A stretch of DNA of 64,000 bases from Escherichia phage vB_VIPECOOM01: sequence record OQ721909; one strand, 5' to 3'. A program made the position numbers and the translations under genes. This document shows positions 18,594 through 36,133 of the stretch, in pieces. Under the pieces are notes generated by a model that saw nothing but the letters and a program-made list of their open reading frames with translations, ran no database searches and had not been told where the DNA came from. Each line of letters opens with the position of its first letter. Position 1 is the first letter of the stretch.

Positions 18594-21500
18594 CAGTAAA
18601 AGCACCTTCAGTCACTAGTCTCAGAATTTCCAAGTTATCCGCAAATCAGGTGCAAGTACGCTGGGATGACGTTGGTGCTAATTTCTACTATTTTGTAGAA
18701 ATCGCTGAGACAAAAACAAACTCGGGGGAAAATCTCCCGAGCAATCAATACAGATGGATTAACTTAGGATATACTGCAAATAACAGCTTCTTTTTTGATA
18801 ATGCTGACCCATTGACATCATACATTATTAGAGTAGCCACAGCTGCGCAAGATTTTGAGCAGTCTGATTGGATTTATACTGAAGAGTTTGAAACTTTTGC
18901 TACAAATGCTTATACATTTCAAAACATGATTGAAATGCAATTAGCTAATAAATTCATTCAAGAAAAATTTACTCTTAATAATTCTGACTATGTTAATTTT
19001 AACAATGACACTATAATGGCTGCATTGATGAATGAATCGTTTCAATTCAGCCCATCATATGCTGATGTTTCATCAATAAGTAATTTTATTATTGGTGAAA
19101 ATGAGTATCATGAAATACAAGGTTCTATTCAGCAAGTATGTAAGGATATTAACAGAGTTTATTTGATGGAATCAGAAGGGATTCTATATCTTTTTGAGCG
19201 TTATCAACCTGTAGTTAAAGTATCTAATGATAAAGGACAAACCTGGAAAGCCGTAAAGCTCTTCAATGATCGTGTAGGATATCCTTTATCTAAGACTGTA
19301 TATTACCAATCTGCGAACACAACATACGTTCTAGGATACGACAAGATTTTCTATGGCCGCAAATCTACTGATGTTAGATGGTCAGCTGATGATGTCAGAT
19401 TTAGTTCGCAGGATATAACATTTGCTAAACTTGGCGATCAACTTCATTTGGGATTTGATGTTGAAATATTTGGTACTTATGCTACATTACCTGCAAATGT
19501 GTATCGTATAGCTGAAGCTATTACTTGCACCGATGATTACATTTACGTTGTCGCCAGAGACAAAGTTAGATACATAAAAACGAGTAATGCACCTATAGAT
19601 TCTGATCCATTATCTCCAACATATTCGGAAAGGCTATTTGAACCTGATACGATGACTATAACCGGAAATCCTAAAGCAGTATGTTATAAAATGGATTCTA
19701 TTGGTGATAAAGTTTTTGCTCTTATTATTGGTGAAGTTGAAACATTAAATGCTAATCCTAGAACATCAAAAATAATTGATTCTGATGATAAAGGAATATA
19801 CGTTTTAGATCATGATACAAAAACGTGGAAAAGAGTTTTTGGCAACACTGAAGAAGAAAGAAGACGTATTCAACCTGGATATGCGAATATGTCAACTGAT
19901 GGTAAATTAGTTTCTCTGTCTTCGAGTAATTTTAAATTTTTAAGTGATAGCATTGTTAATGACCCTGAAACTGCAGCGAAATATCAGTTAATCGGTGCTG
20001 TTAAATATGAATTTCCTCGTGAATGGCTAGCCGATAAGCATTATCATATGATGGCATTTATAGCAGATGAAAAATCTGATTGGGAAACTTTTACACCTCA
20101 ACCGATGAAATATTATGCAGAACCATTCTTTAACTGGTCTAAAAAATCTAACACCCGCTGTTGGATAAACAACTCTGATAGAGCTGTAGTAGTTTATGCT
20201 GATTTAAAATACACCAAAGTTATAGAAAATATTCCGGAAACATCGCCAGATAGATTAGTTCATGAATACTGGGATGATGGTGATTGTACGATAGTAATGC
20301 CAAATGTTAAATTCACGGGATTTAAAAAATATGCGTCTGGGATGCTTTTTTATAAATCTTCTGGTGAAATAATTTCTTACTATGATTTTAACTATCGAGT
20401 GAGAGACACGGTTGAAATAATTTGGAAGCCAACTGGAATATTTTTAAAAGCATTTTTACAAAACCAAGAGCGTGAAACTCCTTGGTCACCAGAAGAAGAG
20501 CATGGATTAGCTGACCCTGATTTAAGACCATTGATTGGCACAATGATGCCTGATTCTTATTTACTACAAGATTCGAATTTTGAGGCATTTTGCGAAGCAT
20601 ATATTCAATATCTTTCTGATGGATATGGAACTCAGTATAACAATTTACGAAATTTAATTCGTAACAAATATCCACGAGAAGAGCATGCATGGGAATATTT
20701 GTGGTCAGAGATATATAAAAGAAACATTTATTTAAATGCTGACAAACGTGATGCTGTTGCAAGATTTTTTGAATCACGTAGCTATGATTTTTATTCTACT
20801 AAAGGAATTGAAGCATCATACAAATTTCTTTTTAAAGTTCTTTATAATGAAGAAGTTGAAATTGAAATTGAATCTGGGGCTGGTACTGAATATGATATAA
20901 TCATTCAATCTGATTCTTTGACTGAAGACTTAGTAGGACAAACGATTTATACAGCTACAGGAAGATGTAATGTTACTTATATAGAAAGAAGTTATTCTAA
21001 CGGTAAATTGCAATGGACTGTAACTATTCATAATCTTTTGGGAAGATTAATTGCCGGTCAAGAAGTTAAAGCAGAAAGACTCCCTAGTTTTGAAGGCGAA
21101 ATTATTCGTGGTGTTAAAGGAAAGGATTTGCTTCAAAATAATATAGACTATATTAATAGAAGCCGATCATATTATGTAATGAAAATTAAATCCAATTTAC
21201 CTTCTTCTCGCTGGAAATCTGACGTTATTCGCTTTGTTCATCCAGTAGGATTTGGATTTATAGCAATTACTCTTTTAACAATGTTTATTAATGTCGGTTT
21301 AACTCTTAAACATACAGAGACTATAATTAATAAATACAAAAACTACAAGTGGGATTCTGGATTGCCTACTGAATATGCTGATAAAGTAGCTAAATTAACT
21401 CCAACCGGTGAAATTGAACATGATTCAGTAACAGGAGAAGCAATTTATGAACCTGGCCCAATGGCTGGTGTAAAATATCCTCTTCCTAATGACTATAATG

Positions 21501-21688
21501 CTGAAAATAATAATTCAATATTTCAAGGTCAATTGCCGTCTGAACGACGTAAATTAATGAGTCCTCTATTTGATGCATCTGGAACAACATTTGCACAATT
21601 TAGGGATTTAGTTAATAAACGTCTAAAAGATAATATAGGAAATCCAAGAGACCCTGAAAATCCAACACAGGTTAAAATAGATGAATGA
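18590..21688 (+). CDS. 7: Baseplate wedge protein gp7
   Basis: 1032 aa, T4 gp7 size and order. Confidence 0.85.
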   Translation: MTVKAPSVTSLRISKLSANQVQVRWDDVGANFYYFVEIAETKTNSGENLPSNQYRWINLGYTANNSFFFDNADPLTSYIIRVATAAQDFEQSDWIYTEEFETFATNAYTFQNMIEMQLANKFIQEKFTLNNSDYVNFNNDTIMAALMNESFQFSPSYADVSSISNFIIGENEYHEIQGSIQQVCKDINRVYLMESEGILYLFERYQPVVKVSNDKGQTWKAVKLFNDRVGYPLSKTVYYQSANTTYVLGYDKIFYGRKSTDVRWSADDVRFSSQDITFAKLGDQLHLGFDVEIFGTYATLPANVYRIAEAITCTDDYIYVVARDKVRYIKTSNAPIDSDPLSPTYSERLFEPDTMTITGNPKAVCYKMDSIGDKVFALIIGEVETLNANPRTSKIIDSDDKGIYVLDHDTKTWKRVFGNTEEERRRIQPGYANMSTDGKLVSLSSSNFKFLSDSIVNDPETAAKYQLIGAVKYEFPREWLADKHYHMMAFIADEKSDWETFTPQPMKYYAEPFFNWSKKSNTRCWINNSDRAVVVYADLKYTKVIENIPETSPDRLVHEYWDDGDCTIVMPNVKFTGFKKYASGMLFYKSSGEIISYYDFNYRVRDTVEIIWKPTGIFLKAFLQNQERETPWSPEEEHGLADPDLRPLIGTMMPDSYLLQDSNFEAFCEAYIQYLSDGYGTQYNNLRNLIRNKYPREEHAWEYLWSEIYKRNIYLNADKRDAVARFFESRSYDFYSTKGIEASYKFLFKVLYNEEVEIEIESGAGTEYDIIIQSDSLTEDLVGQTIYTATGRCNVTYIERSYSNGKLQWTVTIHNLLGRLIAGQEVKAERLPSFEGEIIRGVKGKDLLQNNIDYINRSRSYYVMKIKSNLPSSRWKSDVIRFVHPVGFGFIAITLLTMFINVGLTLKHTETIINKYKNYKWDSGLPTEYADKVAKLTPTGEIEHDSVTGEAIYEPGPMAGVKYPLPNDYNAENNNSIFQGQLPSERRKLMSPLFDASGTTFAQFRDLVNKRLKDNIGNPRDPENPTQVKIDE

Positions 21689-22685
21689 TTCAAGTGTTAT
21701 CTATCGTGCGATAGTTACTTCAAAATTTAGAACAGAAAAAATGTTGAATTTTTATAATTCAATTGGAAGTGGTCCGGATAAAAACACTATCTTTATTACA
21801 TTTGGAAGATCAGAACCGTGGTCATCAAACGAAAATGAGGTGGGATTTGCCCCACCTTATCCCACCGATTCTGTGTTAGGTGTAACTGACATGTGGACTC
21901 ATATGATGGGAACCGTGAAGGTTCTTCCATCTATGCTTGATGCAGTTATTCCTCGTCGAGATTGGGGAGATACTAGATATCCGGATCCATACACATTTAG
22001 AATTAACGATATTGTAGTGTGTAACTCAGCTCCTTACAACGCTACCGAATCAGGCGCAGGCTGGTTAGTATATCGTTGTTTAGATGTTCCTGATACTGGA
22101 ATGTGCTCAATTGAGTCTTTAATTAATAAGGATGAATGCCTTAAGCTAGGTGGAAAATGGACTCCTTCTGTTAGGTCAATGACTCCTCCTGAAGGTCGAG
22201 GAGACGCGGAAGGAACAATCGAACCTGGAGACGGGTATGTATGGGAATATCTTTTTGAGATTCCGCCTGATGTATCTATAAACAGATGCACGAATGAATA
22301 TATCGTGGTTCCTTGGCCCGAGGAATTAAAAGAAGACCCGACTAGATGGGGGTATGAAGATAACCTCACTTGGCAGCAAGATGATTTTGGATTAATTTAC
22401 CGGGTTAAGGCAAATACTATTCGTTTTAAAGCATACTTAGATTCAGTTTATTTTCCTGAAGCTGCATTGCCAGGAAATAAAGGATTTAGACAAATATCGA
22501 TAATCACGAATCCTCTTGAAGCTAAAGTTCATCCAAATGACCCAAACGTTAAAGCTGAAAAGGATTACTATGATCCGGAAGATTTAATGAGGCATTCGGG
22601 CGAAATGATTTATATGGAAAATAGGCCACCTATTATTATGGCAATGGATCAAACAGAAGAAATCAATATTCTGTTTACATTTTAA
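21681..22685 (+). CDS. 8: Baseplate wedge protein gp8
   Basis: 334 aa, T4 gp8 size and order. Confidence 0.85.
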   Translation: MNDSSVIYRAIVTSKFRTEKMLNFYNSIGSGPDKNTIFITFGRSEPWSSNENEVGFAPPYPTDSVLGVTDMWTHMMGTVKVLPSMLDAVIPRRDWGDTRYPDPYTFRINDIVVCNSAPYNATESGAGWLVYRCLDVPDTGMCSIESLINKDECLKLGGKWTPSVRSMTPPEGRGDAEGTIEPGDGYVWEYLFEIPPDVSINRCTNEYIVVPWPEELKEDPTRWGYEDNLTWQQDDFGLIYRVKANTIRFKAYLDSVYFPEAALPGNKGFRQISIITNPLEAKVHPNDPNVKAEKDYYDPEDLMRHSGEMIYMENRPPIIMAMDQTEEINILFTF

Positions 22686-22690
22686 ATTAA

Positions 22691-22714
22691 GGGAGCCCAT
22701 GGGCTCCCTTTTTC
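22691..22714 (+). terminator. Rho-independent terminator after gene 8
   Basis: gggagccc-atg-ggctccc hairpin followed by TTTTT. Confidence 0.7.
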
Positions 22715-22726
22715 TTTATAAATACT

Positions 22727-22734
22727 ATAAACTC
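22727..22734 (+). promoter_or_regulatory. Late promoter TATAAATA upstream of gene 9
   Basis: Exact TATAAATA 15 nt before the gene 9 start. Confidence 0.6.
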
Positions 22735-22748
22735 ATAAGGAAACCGCT

Positions 22749-23615
22749 ATGTTCATTCAAGAACCAAAGAAATTGATTGATACCGGCGAAATTGGTAACG
22801 CTTCTACTGGTGATATCTTATTCGACGGTGGTAATAAAATTAATAGTGATTTTAACGCAATTTATAACGCGTTTGGCGATCAGCGTAAAATGGCAGTAGC
22901 AAATGGCACTGGTGCTAACGGCCAAATTATCCATGCTACTGGATATTATCAAAAGCATTCTATCACAGAGTACGCAACTCCGGTGAAAGTTGGTACTAGA
23001 CATGATATTGATACCTCTACTGTTGGTGTTAAAGTTATCATTGAAAGAGGCGAACTTGGCGACTGCGTTGAATTTATTAACTCAAATGGATCAATATCAG
23101 TTACTAATCCTTTAACGATTCAAGCTATTGATTCAATTAAAGGTGTTTCGGGTAATTTGGTAGTAACTAGCCCATATAGTAAAGTTACTTTACGTTGTAT
23201 TTCATCTGATAATTCTACGTCAGTTTGGAATTATTCTATTGAAAGTATGTTTGGCCAAAAGGAATCACCTGCCGAAGGTACATGGAATATTTCTACATCT
23301 GGGTCAGTTGACATTCCATTGTTTCATCGTACTGAATATAACATGGCTAAATTGTTAGTTACATGCCAATCAGTAGATGGAAGAAAAATTAAAACGGCAG
23401 AAATAAATATTCTTGTAGATACTGTTAATTCAGCGGTCATTTCTTCTGAATATGCTGTCATGCGAGTTGGGAATGAAACCGAAGAAGACGAAATCGCTAA
23501 TATTGCATTTAGTATTAAAGAAAATTATGTAACGGCGACTATAAGTTCTTCAACTGTCGGTATGAGAGCAGCAGTTAAAGTTATCGCTACGCAGAAAATC
23601 GGGGTGGCTCAATAA
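22749..23615 (+). CDS. 9: Baseplate wedge tail fiber connector gp9
   Basis: 288 aa, T4 gp9 size and order. Confidence 0.85.
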   Translation: MFIQEPKKLIDTGEIGNASTGDILFDGGNKINSDFNAIYNAFGDQRKMAVANGTGANGQIIHATGYYQKHSITEYATPVKVGTRHDIDTSTVGVKVIIERGELGDCVEFINSNGSISVTNPLTIQAIDSIKGVSGNLVVTSPYSKVTLRCISSDNSTSVWNYSIESMFGQKESPAEGTWNISTSGSVDIPLFHRTEYNMAKLLVTCQSVDGRKIKTAEINILVDTVNSAVISSEYAVMRVGNETEEDEIANIAFSIKENYVTATISSSTVGMRAAVKVIATQKIGVAQ

Positions 23616-25420
23616 TGAAACAAAATATTAATATCGGTAATGTTGTTGATGATGGTACCGGTGACTACCTGCGTAAAGGTGGTATAAAAATAAATGAAAA
23701 CTTTGATGAACTTTATTATGAACTTGGTGATGGAGATGTTCCATATTCAGCCGGTGCCTGGAAAACTTATAATGCTTCATCTGGACAAACACTAACGGCA
23801 GAATGGGGAAAATCATATGCCATTAATACTTCGTCTGGAAGAGTAACTCTACAACTTCCTAAAGGAACTGTTAATGATTACAACAAGGTAATTAGAGCTA
23901 GAGACGTATTCGCTACATGGAACATCAACCCAGTTACATTAGTAGCTGCTTCCGGCGATACGATTAAAGGGTCTGCAGTACCAGTTGAAATTAATGTTCA
24001 ATTCAGCGATTTGGAATTAGTGTATTGCGCCCCAGGACGTTGGGAATATGTCAAAAATAAGCAAATTGACAAAATTACCAGTTCAGACATTAGTAATGTA
24101 GCTCGTAAAGAATTTTTAGTCGAAGTCCAAGGACAAACAGACTTTTTAGATGTTTTCCGTGGAACTAGTTATAATGTAAATAACATCAGAGTAAAACATC
24201 GTGGTAACGAATTGTATTACGGCGATGTATTTAGCGAAAACAGTGACTTTGGCTCTCCGGGCGAAAATGAAGGCGAATTAGTTCCTCTTGATGGATTTAA
24301 TATTAGGCTAAGACAGCCATGTAATATTGGTGACACCGTTCAAATTGAAACATTTATGGATGGTGTATCACAATGGAGAAGTTCATATACAAGACGCCAA
24401 ATAAAAGTACTAGATTCAAAACTAACATCAAAGACTTCATTAGAAGGAAGTATTTACGTTACTGATTTATCGACGATGAAATCAATTCCATTTTCCGCTT
24501 TTGGATTAATTCCTGGTGAACCTATTAATCCTAACTCTCTTGAGGTTCGTTTTAATGGAATTTTACAGCAACAAGCTGGAACAGCTGGATATCCTCTGTT
24601 TTTGTGTGAAGGCGCTAGTTCAGATACACAAGAAGGATGTATATCTCTTGGTGGTGAATGGAAAGAATCAAACACAGATTATTCTATAGAATATGAAGAT
24701 GGAAAACCTATCAGTCTTTTATTTGATAGAAAATTTGAATCCGGCGACATTATCGTTATAACATGGTTCAATAATGATTTAGGAACTCTTTTAGAAAAAG
24801 ATGACATTATTGAATTAACGGATGACCGTTATGTTAGCAAAGGATCATCTACCGAAGTTACTGGTGATGTGGCCTTAACAGATTTTGATAAAATCGGCTG
24901 GCCAAATGTTGAAAAAGTTGATTCTTATACTAGAACGTATAATTCAATATCATCTATTTTCGACAGCATTTATCCTGTTGGTTCAATTTATGAAAATGCT
25001 ATAAACCCAAATAATCCGGCGACTTATATGGGATTTGGTTCATGGAAATTATTTGGTAAAGGACGAGTTTTAGTAGGATGGAATGATGATGTTACGGATC
25101 CAAACTTTGCTTTAAACAATAATGATTTAGATTCTAGCGGAAATCCTTCACATACTGCTGGTGGAACAGTTGGAACAACAACAGTGACACTTGAGAATGC
25201 AAATCTTCCTGCGACTAAAACTGATGAAAGGGTTTTAATTGAAGACGAAAATGGATCGGTTATTATTGGAGGTTGCCAATATGACCCAGATGAAACTGGT
25301 CCTATATATACAAAATATCGTGAAGACTACGCAACAACAAACTCTTCACATACTCCTCCTGCTAATATTAGTAATATTCAACCGTCTATTACTGTATACC
25401 GTTGGATAAGGATTGCATAA
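23615..25420 (+). CDS. 10: Baseplate wedge protein gp10
   Basis: 601 aa, size and order. Confidence 0.85.
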   Translation: MKQNINIGNVVDDGTGDYLRKGGIKINENFDELYYELGDGDVPYSAGAWKTYNASSGQTLTAEWGKSYAINTSSGRVTLQLPKGTVNDYNKVIRARDVFATWNINPVTLVAASGDTIKGSAVPVEINVQFSDLELVYCAPGRWEYVKNKQIDKITSSDISNVARKEFLVEVQGQTDFLDVFRGTSYNVNNIRVKHRGNELYYGDVFSENSDFGSPGENEGELVPLDGFNIRLRQPCNIGDTVQIETFMDGVSQWRSSYTRRQIKVLDSKLTSKTSLEGSIYVTDLSTMKSIPFSAFGLIPGEPINPNSLEVRFNGILQQQAGTAGYPLFLCEGASSDTQEGCISLGGEWKESNTDYSIEYEDGKPISLLFDRKFESGDIIVITWFNNDLGTLLEKDDIIELTDDRYVSKGSSTEVTGDVALTDFDKIGWPNVEKVDSYTRTYNSISSIFDSIYPVGSIYENAINPNNPATYMGFGSWKLFGKGRVLVGWNDDVTDPNFALNNNDLDSSGNPSHTAGGTVGTTTVTLENANLPATKTDERVLIEDENGSVIIGGCQYDPDETGPIYTKYREDYATTNSSHTPPANISNIQPSITVYRWIRIA

Positions 25421-26079
25421 TGAGTTTACTTAATAATAAAGCGGGAGTTATTTCCCGCTTAGCAGATTTTCTTGGTTTTAGAACTAAGAAAAATGATATT
25501 TCGGTTATGAATAATCAGCCAGTAGGCGCTGTAACAATTTCACAAATAGCAAAAGGTTTTTATGACCCAAATGTAGAATCTGCTATCAATGATGTTAGAA
25601 ATATGGCAGAGCAACAGGTTGGAGCTGTATTAGTTAATATAAGCGGCGTATCTCCTACTGGCGTGCAACAAACAGACTATTGGTCATTTGAAGGAACCGT
25701 TACTGATACTTCAGCCAAACCAGGTGATCCAGTTATTGTTAACATGTTTGGTATTCCAGTTAAAGCTACTAATGGAATGACTTCAATCGAATTTACTAGT
25801 GCCGTTAGAGTAGCTCTACAGGAAATGGTTGTAAAATTTATTGCAATTGATTCATTTGAAGACCATCCTACAATAGGAAATAAAATACAAGTTAAGTATT
25901 TAGATAACCAAGAACATATCTTAGAACAATACTCTGATAAAGGAATTACTTTCAAACAGGAAATAATTTCTCCTTCTAAACCTGGGTACGGAACTTGGCA
26001 ATTATTAGGTGCGCAAACTGTTACGCTAGATAGTCACACACAACCTACAGTATTTTATTATTTTGAGAGAGTAGCATGA
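25420..26079 (+). CDS. 11: Baseplate wedge protein gp11 (short tail fiber attachment)
   Basis: Start moved to ATG at 25420 ([20 protein letters not shown], the T4 gp11 N-terminus as recalled); 219 aa. Confidence 0.85.
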   Translation: MSLLNNKAGVISRLADFLGFRTKKNDISVMNNQPVGAVTISQIAKGFYDPNVESAINDVRNMAEQQVGAVLVNISGVSPTGVQQTDYWSFEGTVTDTSAKPGDPVIVNMFGIPVKATNGMTSIEFTSAVRVALQEMVVKFIAIDSFEDHPTIGNKIQVKYLDNQEHILEQYSDKGITFKQEIISPSKPGYGTWQLLGAQTVTLDSHTQPTVFYYFERVA

Positions 26080-27626
26080 GTAACAATACATATCAGCACG
26101 TATCAAATGAATCAAAATATGTTAAATTCGATCCTACTGGATCGAATTTTCCTAACACTGTTACGACAGTGCAGTCTGCATTATCAAAAATAAGTAATAT
26201 CGGCGTAAATGGTATTCCTGATGCAACTATGGAAGTTAAAGGAATAGCAATGATTGCGTCAGAACAAGAGGTTTTAGATGGAACTAATAATTCTAAAATC
26301 GTTACGCCAGCTACATTAGCAACAAGGCTATTATACCCAAATGCTACTGAAACTAAATATGGTTTAACGCGTTATTCAACAAATGAAGAAACGTTAGAAG
26401 GCTCAGATAATAATTCATCAATAACGCCGCAAAAACTGAAATACCATACTGACGATGTGTTCCAAAATAGATATTCGTCTGAGTCATCAAACGGGGTTAT
26501 TAAAATATCATCTACACCTGCAGCTTTGGCCGGTGTAGATGATACTACGGCAATGACTCCATTAAAAACCCAAAAACTTGCAATAAAATTAATTTCACAA
26601 ATAGCTCCGTCAGAAGACACTGCATCAGAATCTGTGAGAGGTGTAGTTCAATTATCTACTGTTGCGCAAACTCGTCAAGGAACTCTCCGCGAAGGATATG
26701 CAATTTCTCCGTATACCTTTATGAATTCTGTTGCAACACAAGAATATAAGGGTGTTATACGTTTAGGAACACAATCGGAAATTAACAGTAATTTGGGAGA
26801 TGTTGCAGTAACGGGTGAAACACTAAATGGTCGAGGAGCTACTGGTTCTATGCGTGGAGTAGTTAAATTAACGACGCAAGCCGGTATTGCCCCTGAAGGT
26901 GATAGTTCTGGAGCATTAGCATGGAACGCAGATGTAATTAATACTCGTGGTGGACAAACTATTAATGGTTCTTTAAATTTAGACCATCTTACAGCAAACG
27001 GAATTTGGTCGCGCGGTGGAATGTGGAAAAATGGCGATCAGCCAGTTGCGACAGAACGTTATGCATCAGAAAGAGTTCCGGTTGGGACTATTATGATGTT
27101 TGCAGGTGATTCAGCACCTCCAGGTTGGTCTATGTGTCATGGTGGAACCGTGTCAGGTGACCAATTTCCTGATTATAGAAACGTAGTTGGAACAAGATTT
27201 GGTGGTGATTGGAATAATCCTGGTATTCCTGATATGCGAGGTCTTTTCGTCAGAGGAGCCGGCACAGGCGGTCATATTTTAAATCAACGAGGACAAGATG
27301 GTTATGGAAAGGATAGACTGGGCGTAGGATGTGACGGAATGCATGTTGGTGGTGTTCAGGCACAACAAATGTCATACCATAAACATGCTGGTGGTTGGGG
27401 TGAATATAACAGAAGTGAAGGCCCATTTGGCGCGTCAGTTTATCAAGGATATCTTGGAACTAGAAAATATTCCGACTGGGATAATGCTTCATACTTCACT
27501 AATGATGGATTTGAATTAGGTGGACCAAGAGATGCTCATGGTACACTTAATCGTGAAGGATTAATTGGTTATGAAACTAGACCATGGAATATATCATTAA
27601 ACTATATTATTAAAGTTCATTACTAA
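26076..27626 (+). CDS. 12: Short tail fiber protein gp12
   Basis: 516 aa, position and repetitive fibrous composition. Confidence 0.8.
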   Translation: MSNNTYQHVSNESKYVKFDPTGSNFPNTVTTVQSALSKISNIGVNGIPDATMEVKGIAMIASEQEVLDGTNNSKIVTPATLATRLLYPNATETKYGLTRYSTNEETLEGSDNNSSITPQKLKYHTDDVFQNRYSSESSNGVIKISSTPAALAGVDDTTAMTPLKTQKLAIKLISQIAPSEDTASESVRGVVQLSTVAQTRQGTLREGYAISPYTFMNSVATQEYKGVIRLGTQSEINSNLGDVAVTGETLNGRGATGSMRGVVKLTTQAGIAPEGDSSGALAWNADVINTRGGQTINGSLNLDHLTANGIWSRGGMWKNGDQPVATERYASERVPVGTIMMFAGDSAPPGWSMCHGGTVSGDQFPDYRNVVGTRFGGDWNNPGIPDMRGLFVRGAGTGGHILNQRGQDGYGKDRLGVGCDGMHVGGVQAQQMSYHKHAGGWGEYNRSEGPFGASVYQGYLGTRKYSDWDNASYFTNDGFELGGPRDAHGTLNREGLIGYETRPWNISLNYIIKVHY

Positions 27627-27635
27627 GGATTACAA

Positions 27636-29093
27636 ATGATTGAATTAAAAGAGTTACCTTTTGTTGATAGCGTTCCTGACGAAGGTCAGGAACGTATTGC
27701 ATGGATTAAAAATGGTGAAGAAATATTAGGAGCTAGTACTAAGTATGGAAATGATGGATCAATGAATAGACCAATTGTTTCCGTGTTTAAAAACGTCGAG
27801 GTTCTTGATGAAAATGTGGGAATTCTTAAAACTGCAATTGAAACATCACAGAAAGATATTAAAACAATTCAAGGAGTTTTAGATGTATCAGGAGATATAG
27901 AAGCACTATCGCAGATCGGTGTTAATAAAAATGACATATCGAATTTAAAGACACTTACTAGTGAACACACTGATATATTAACTGGAACTAATAATACAGT
28001 TGACAAAATTATTGCTGATATAGGTCCATTTAATGATGAAGAAAACTCTGTTTATAGAACAATTAGAAATGATTTACTGTGGATTAAACAGGAATTAGGA
28101 CAATATTCTGGCCAAGACATTAACGGTCTTCCTGTTGTTGGTAATGCTAGCACAGGAATGAAACACAGAATAATAACAAATAGTACATTATTATCTTCAC
28201 AAGGCATTCGTTTAAGCGAATTAGAAAATAAATTTACTGAATCTGACGTAGGATCATTGACTGTTGAAGTTGGTAAATTACGTGATGAACTTGGTAATAA
28301 ACCGGTAGATTTTGGGCCAAATATTTATAATAGATTAAACACCATAGATGATAAACAAACTTTAATAAATTCTGATATAGCAGAAATTAAATCTTCTATT
28401 GGATACCCAGAAAATGTTTCTATAATAACAGAAATTAATAATAACAAAAGTAGCATTGAAGCTATTAATAATGAATTAAATCAGAGTGAAGGTGTTAAAC
28501 AACGCTTAACGGCTATTGAAACTTCTATTGGTTCAGATGATATTCCTTCTAGTATTAAAGGAAAAATTAAAAATCACACAACTTCTATTGAGTCTTTAAA
28601 CGGAATTGTTGGTGAAAACACTTCGTCTGGTTTAAGAGCGAATGTTTCGTGGTTAAATCAAATTGTTGGAACTGACTCCAGCGGAGGACAACCGTCTCCT
28701 TCTGGATCTCTATTAAATAAAGTTTCAGTGCTTGAAGGAGAAGTTTCAGTTTTAAACAATAATGTTCAAAATATACAAGTTGAAATAGGAAATAATAGAA
28801 CAGGAATTAAAGGTCAAGTTATTGAACTTACTTCACTTATAAATGGAAATAATCCTGACGGATCAACTGTTGAAGAACGAGGATTAACTAATTCTGTAAA
28901 AACGAATGAAACCAACATTGCGGCAGTCACACATGAAGTAAATACAGCTAAAGACAATATATCCTCTTTACAGAGCAGCGTTCAAGCTCTACAAGAAGCA
29001 GGTTATATTCCTGAAGCTCCAAAAGATGGCCAAGCTTACGTTCGTAAAGACGGCGAATGGGTACTACTTTCTACCTTTTTATCACCAGCATAA
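27636..29093 (+). CDS. wac: Fibritin (whisker antigen control)
   Basis: 485 aa, long coiled-coil repeats, C-terminal [27 protein letters not shown] foldon. Confidence 0.9.
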   Translation: MIELKELPFVDSVPDEGQERIAWIKNGEEILGASTKYGNDGSMNRPIVSVFKNVEVLDENVGILKTAIETSQKDIKTIQGVLDVSGDIEALSQIGVNKNDISNLKTLTSEHTDILTGTNNTVDKIIADIGPFNDEENSVYRTIRNDLLWIKQELGQYSGQDINGLPVVGNASTGMKHRIITNSTLLSSQGIRLSELENKFTESDVGSLTVEVGKLRDELGNKPVDFGPNIYNRLNTIDDKQTLINSDIAEIKSSIGYPENVSIITEINNNKSSIEAINNELNQSEGVKQRLTAIETSIGSDDIPSSIKGKIKNHTTSIESLNGIVGENTSSGLRANVSWLNQIVGTDSSGGQPSPSGSLLNKVSVLEGEVSVLNNNVQNIQVEIGNNRTGIKGQVIELTSLINGNNPDGSTVEERGLTNSVKTNETNIAAVTHEVNTAKDNISSLQSSVQALQEAGYIPEAPKDGQAYVRKDGEWVLLSTFLSPA

Positions 29094-29096
29094 CAT

Positions 29097-29112
29097 GGGG
29101 CCGCAAGGCCCC
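29097..29112 (+). other. Stem-loop GGGGCC-GCAA-GGCCCC between wac and gene 13
   Basis: Perfect 6-bp GC stem with tetraloop; weak downstream T-run. Confidence 0.4.
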
Positions 29113-29125
29113 AAAGGATTTTTAA

Positions 29126-30827
<1,702 letters not shown>

Positions 30828-30868
30828 TAAATATTATAAACTAATTAAAGCCCAGATTAGGAGAAATC

Positions 30869-34009
<3,141 letters not shown>

Positions 34010-34037
34010 TATTAAAGCATATTAAAGAGGATTAAAA

Positions 34038-36017
34038 ATGACTTTATTATCTCCGGGCATTGAGCTCAAAGAAACTACGGTTCAAAGCACCGTGGTTAAT
34101 AACTCTACTGGTACAGCAGCTCTGGCCGGTAAATTCCAGTGGGGTCCTGCTTTTCAAATTAAACAGGTTACAAATGAAGTAGATTTAGTTAATACTTTTG
34201 GTCAACCTACAGCTGAAACTGCTGACTATTTTATGTCTGCAATGAATTTCTTACAATACGGAAATGATTTGCGAGTTGTGCGTGCTGTCGATAGAGATAC
34301 CGCTAAAAACTCATCTCCAATTGCCGGTAATATTGAATACACTATTTCTACCCCAGGTAGTAACTACGCGGTTGGAGATAAAATCACGGTTAAGTATGTT
34401 TCAGAAGACATTGAAACAGAATGTAAAGTTACCGAAGTAGATGCTGATGGAAAAATTAAGAAAATTAATATTCCTACCGCAAAAATTATCGCTAAAGCGA
34501 AAGAAGTAGGCGAATATCCAGAATTAGGTTCTAACTGGACCGCGGAAATTTCTTCGTCTTCCTCTGGTTTAGCTGCGGTAATAACTCTTGGAAAAATTAT
34601 TACTGATTCTGGTATTTTATTAGCTGAAATTGAAAATGCCGAAGCTGCTATGACAGCGGTTGAATTTCAAACAAATCTCGAAAAATATGGAATTCCAGGA
34701 GTAGTAGCTCTTTATCCAGGCGAGTTGGGCGATAAAATCGAAATTGAAATCGTATCTAAAGCTGACTACGCAAAAGGGGCTTCTGCATTACTTCCAATTT
34801 ATCCAGGTGGCGGAACCCGCGCATCTACTGCCAAGGCAGTGTTTGGATATGGACCACAAACTGATTCACAATACGCTATTATAGTTCGTCGCAATGATGC
34901 TATTGTTCAAAGTATTGTTCTTTCAACAAAGCGTGGTGAAAAAGACATTTACGATAGTAACATCTATATTGATGACTTTTTCGCAAAAGGTGGTTCAGAA
35001 TATATTTTCGCAACTGCACAAAACTGGCCAGAAGGCTTCTCTGGAATTTTAACTCTATCTGGTGGATTATCATCAAATGCTGAAGTAACAGCAGGAGATT
35101 TGATGGAAGCCTGGGACTTCTTTGCTGACCGTGAATCTGTTGACGTTCAGTTGTTTATTGCGGGTTCTTGTGCCGGTGAATCTTTAGAAACAGCATCTAC
35201 TGTCCAAAAACACGTCGTTTCAATTGGGGATGCTCGCCAAGATTGCTTAGTATTGTGCTCACCACCGCGTGAAACTGTTGTTGGAATTCCTGTAACTCGT
35301 GCTGTCGATAACTTAGTCAATTGGAGAACTGCAACTGGTTCATACACTGATAATAACTTTAATATCAGTTCAACCTACGCAGCAATTGATGGTAACTACA
35401 AGTATCAGTATGACAAATATAATGATGTGAATCGTTGGGTTCCATTAGCAGCTGATATTGCTGGTTTATGCGCAAGAACTGATAACGTTTCTCAGACTTG
35501 GATGTCTCCAGCTGGTTATAATCGTGGTCAGATTCTTAACGTTATTAAACTTGCTATTGAAACTCGTCAGGCTCAGCGCGACCGTTTATATCAAGAAGCT
35601 ATCAACCCAGTAACTGGTACAGGTGGTGATGGTTACGTATTGTATGGTGATAAAACAGCTACTTCTGTTCCTTCTCCATTTGATCGTATTAACGTTCGTC
35701 GTCTGTTTAATATGTTGAAAACGAATATCGGACGTAGTTCAAAATATCGTTTGTTCGAATTAAACAACGCGTTTACTCGTTCATCGTTCCGCACAGAAAC
35801 TTCCCAGTACTTGCAGGGAATTAAAGCTCTCGGTGGAATTTATGAATATCGTGTAGTTTGCGATACAACAAATAACACTCCGTCAGTAATTGATAGAAAT
35901 GAGTTTGTTGCAACATTCTACATTCAACCGGCGCGCAGTATAAATTATATTACTTTGAATTTCGTCGCAACTGCTACTGGTGCAGATTTCGATGAATTAA
36001 CTGGTCTTGCAGGTTAA
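34038..36017 (+). CDS. 18: Tail sheath protein gp18
   Basis: 659 aa, size and order. Confidence 0.9.
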   Translation: MTLLSPGIELKETTVQSTVVNNSTGTAALAGKFQWGPAFQIKQVTNEVDLVNTFGQPTAETADYFMSAMNFLQYGNDLRVVRAVDRDTAKNSSPIAGNIEYTISTPGSNYAVGDKITVKYVSEDIETECKVTEVDADGKIKKINIPTAKIIAKAKEVGEYPELGSNWTAEISSSSSGLAAVITLGKIITDSGILLAEIENAEAAMTAVEFQTNLEKYGIPGVVALYPGELGDKIEIEIVSKADYAKGASALLPIYPGGGTRASTAKAVFGYGPQTDSQYAIIVRRNDAIVQSIVLSTKRGEKDIYDSNIYIDDFFAKGGSEYIFATAQNWPEGFSGILTLSGGLSSNAEVTAGDLMEAWDFFADRESVDVQLFIAGSCAGESLETASTVQKHVVSIGDARQDCLVLCSPPRETVVGIPVTRAVDNLVNWRTATGSYTDNNFNISSTYAAIDGNYKYQYDKYNDVNRWVPLAADIAGLCARTDNVSQTWMSPAGYNRGQILNVIKLAIETRQAQRDRLYQEAINPVTGTGGDGYVLYGDKTATSVPSPFDRINVRRLFNMLKTNIGRSSKYRLFELNNAFTRSSFRTETSQYLQGIKALGGIYEYRVVCDTTNNTPSVIDRNEFVATFYIQPARSINYITLNFVATATGADFDELTGLAG

Positions 36018-36052
36018 TACGGTGCATTCTAAAGGCCTGTTTCGGCAGGCCA

Positions 36053-36119
36053 TATAAATACACTATATCCTTAATTCTTTAATTCTATATGCCCTAGGTT
36101 AAACATAGGGATATAAATA
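36053..36119 (+). promoter_or_regulatory. Two late promoter motifs upstream of gene 19
   Basis: TATAAATA at 36053-36060 and 36112-36119; stem-loop ggcctg/caggcc at 36034-36051 just upstream. Confidence 0.55.
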
Positions 36120-36133
36120 CTACAGAGGCTAAT

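Noticed and set aside
20388-20777. 129-aa ORF antisense within gene 7, and many similar 60-110 aa ORFs inside genes 5-12, 17, 18, 20, 23, 29, 48, 54, alt
   Set aside because: All lie fully inside long, well-supported structural genes on the opposite strand; none has promoter or RBS support
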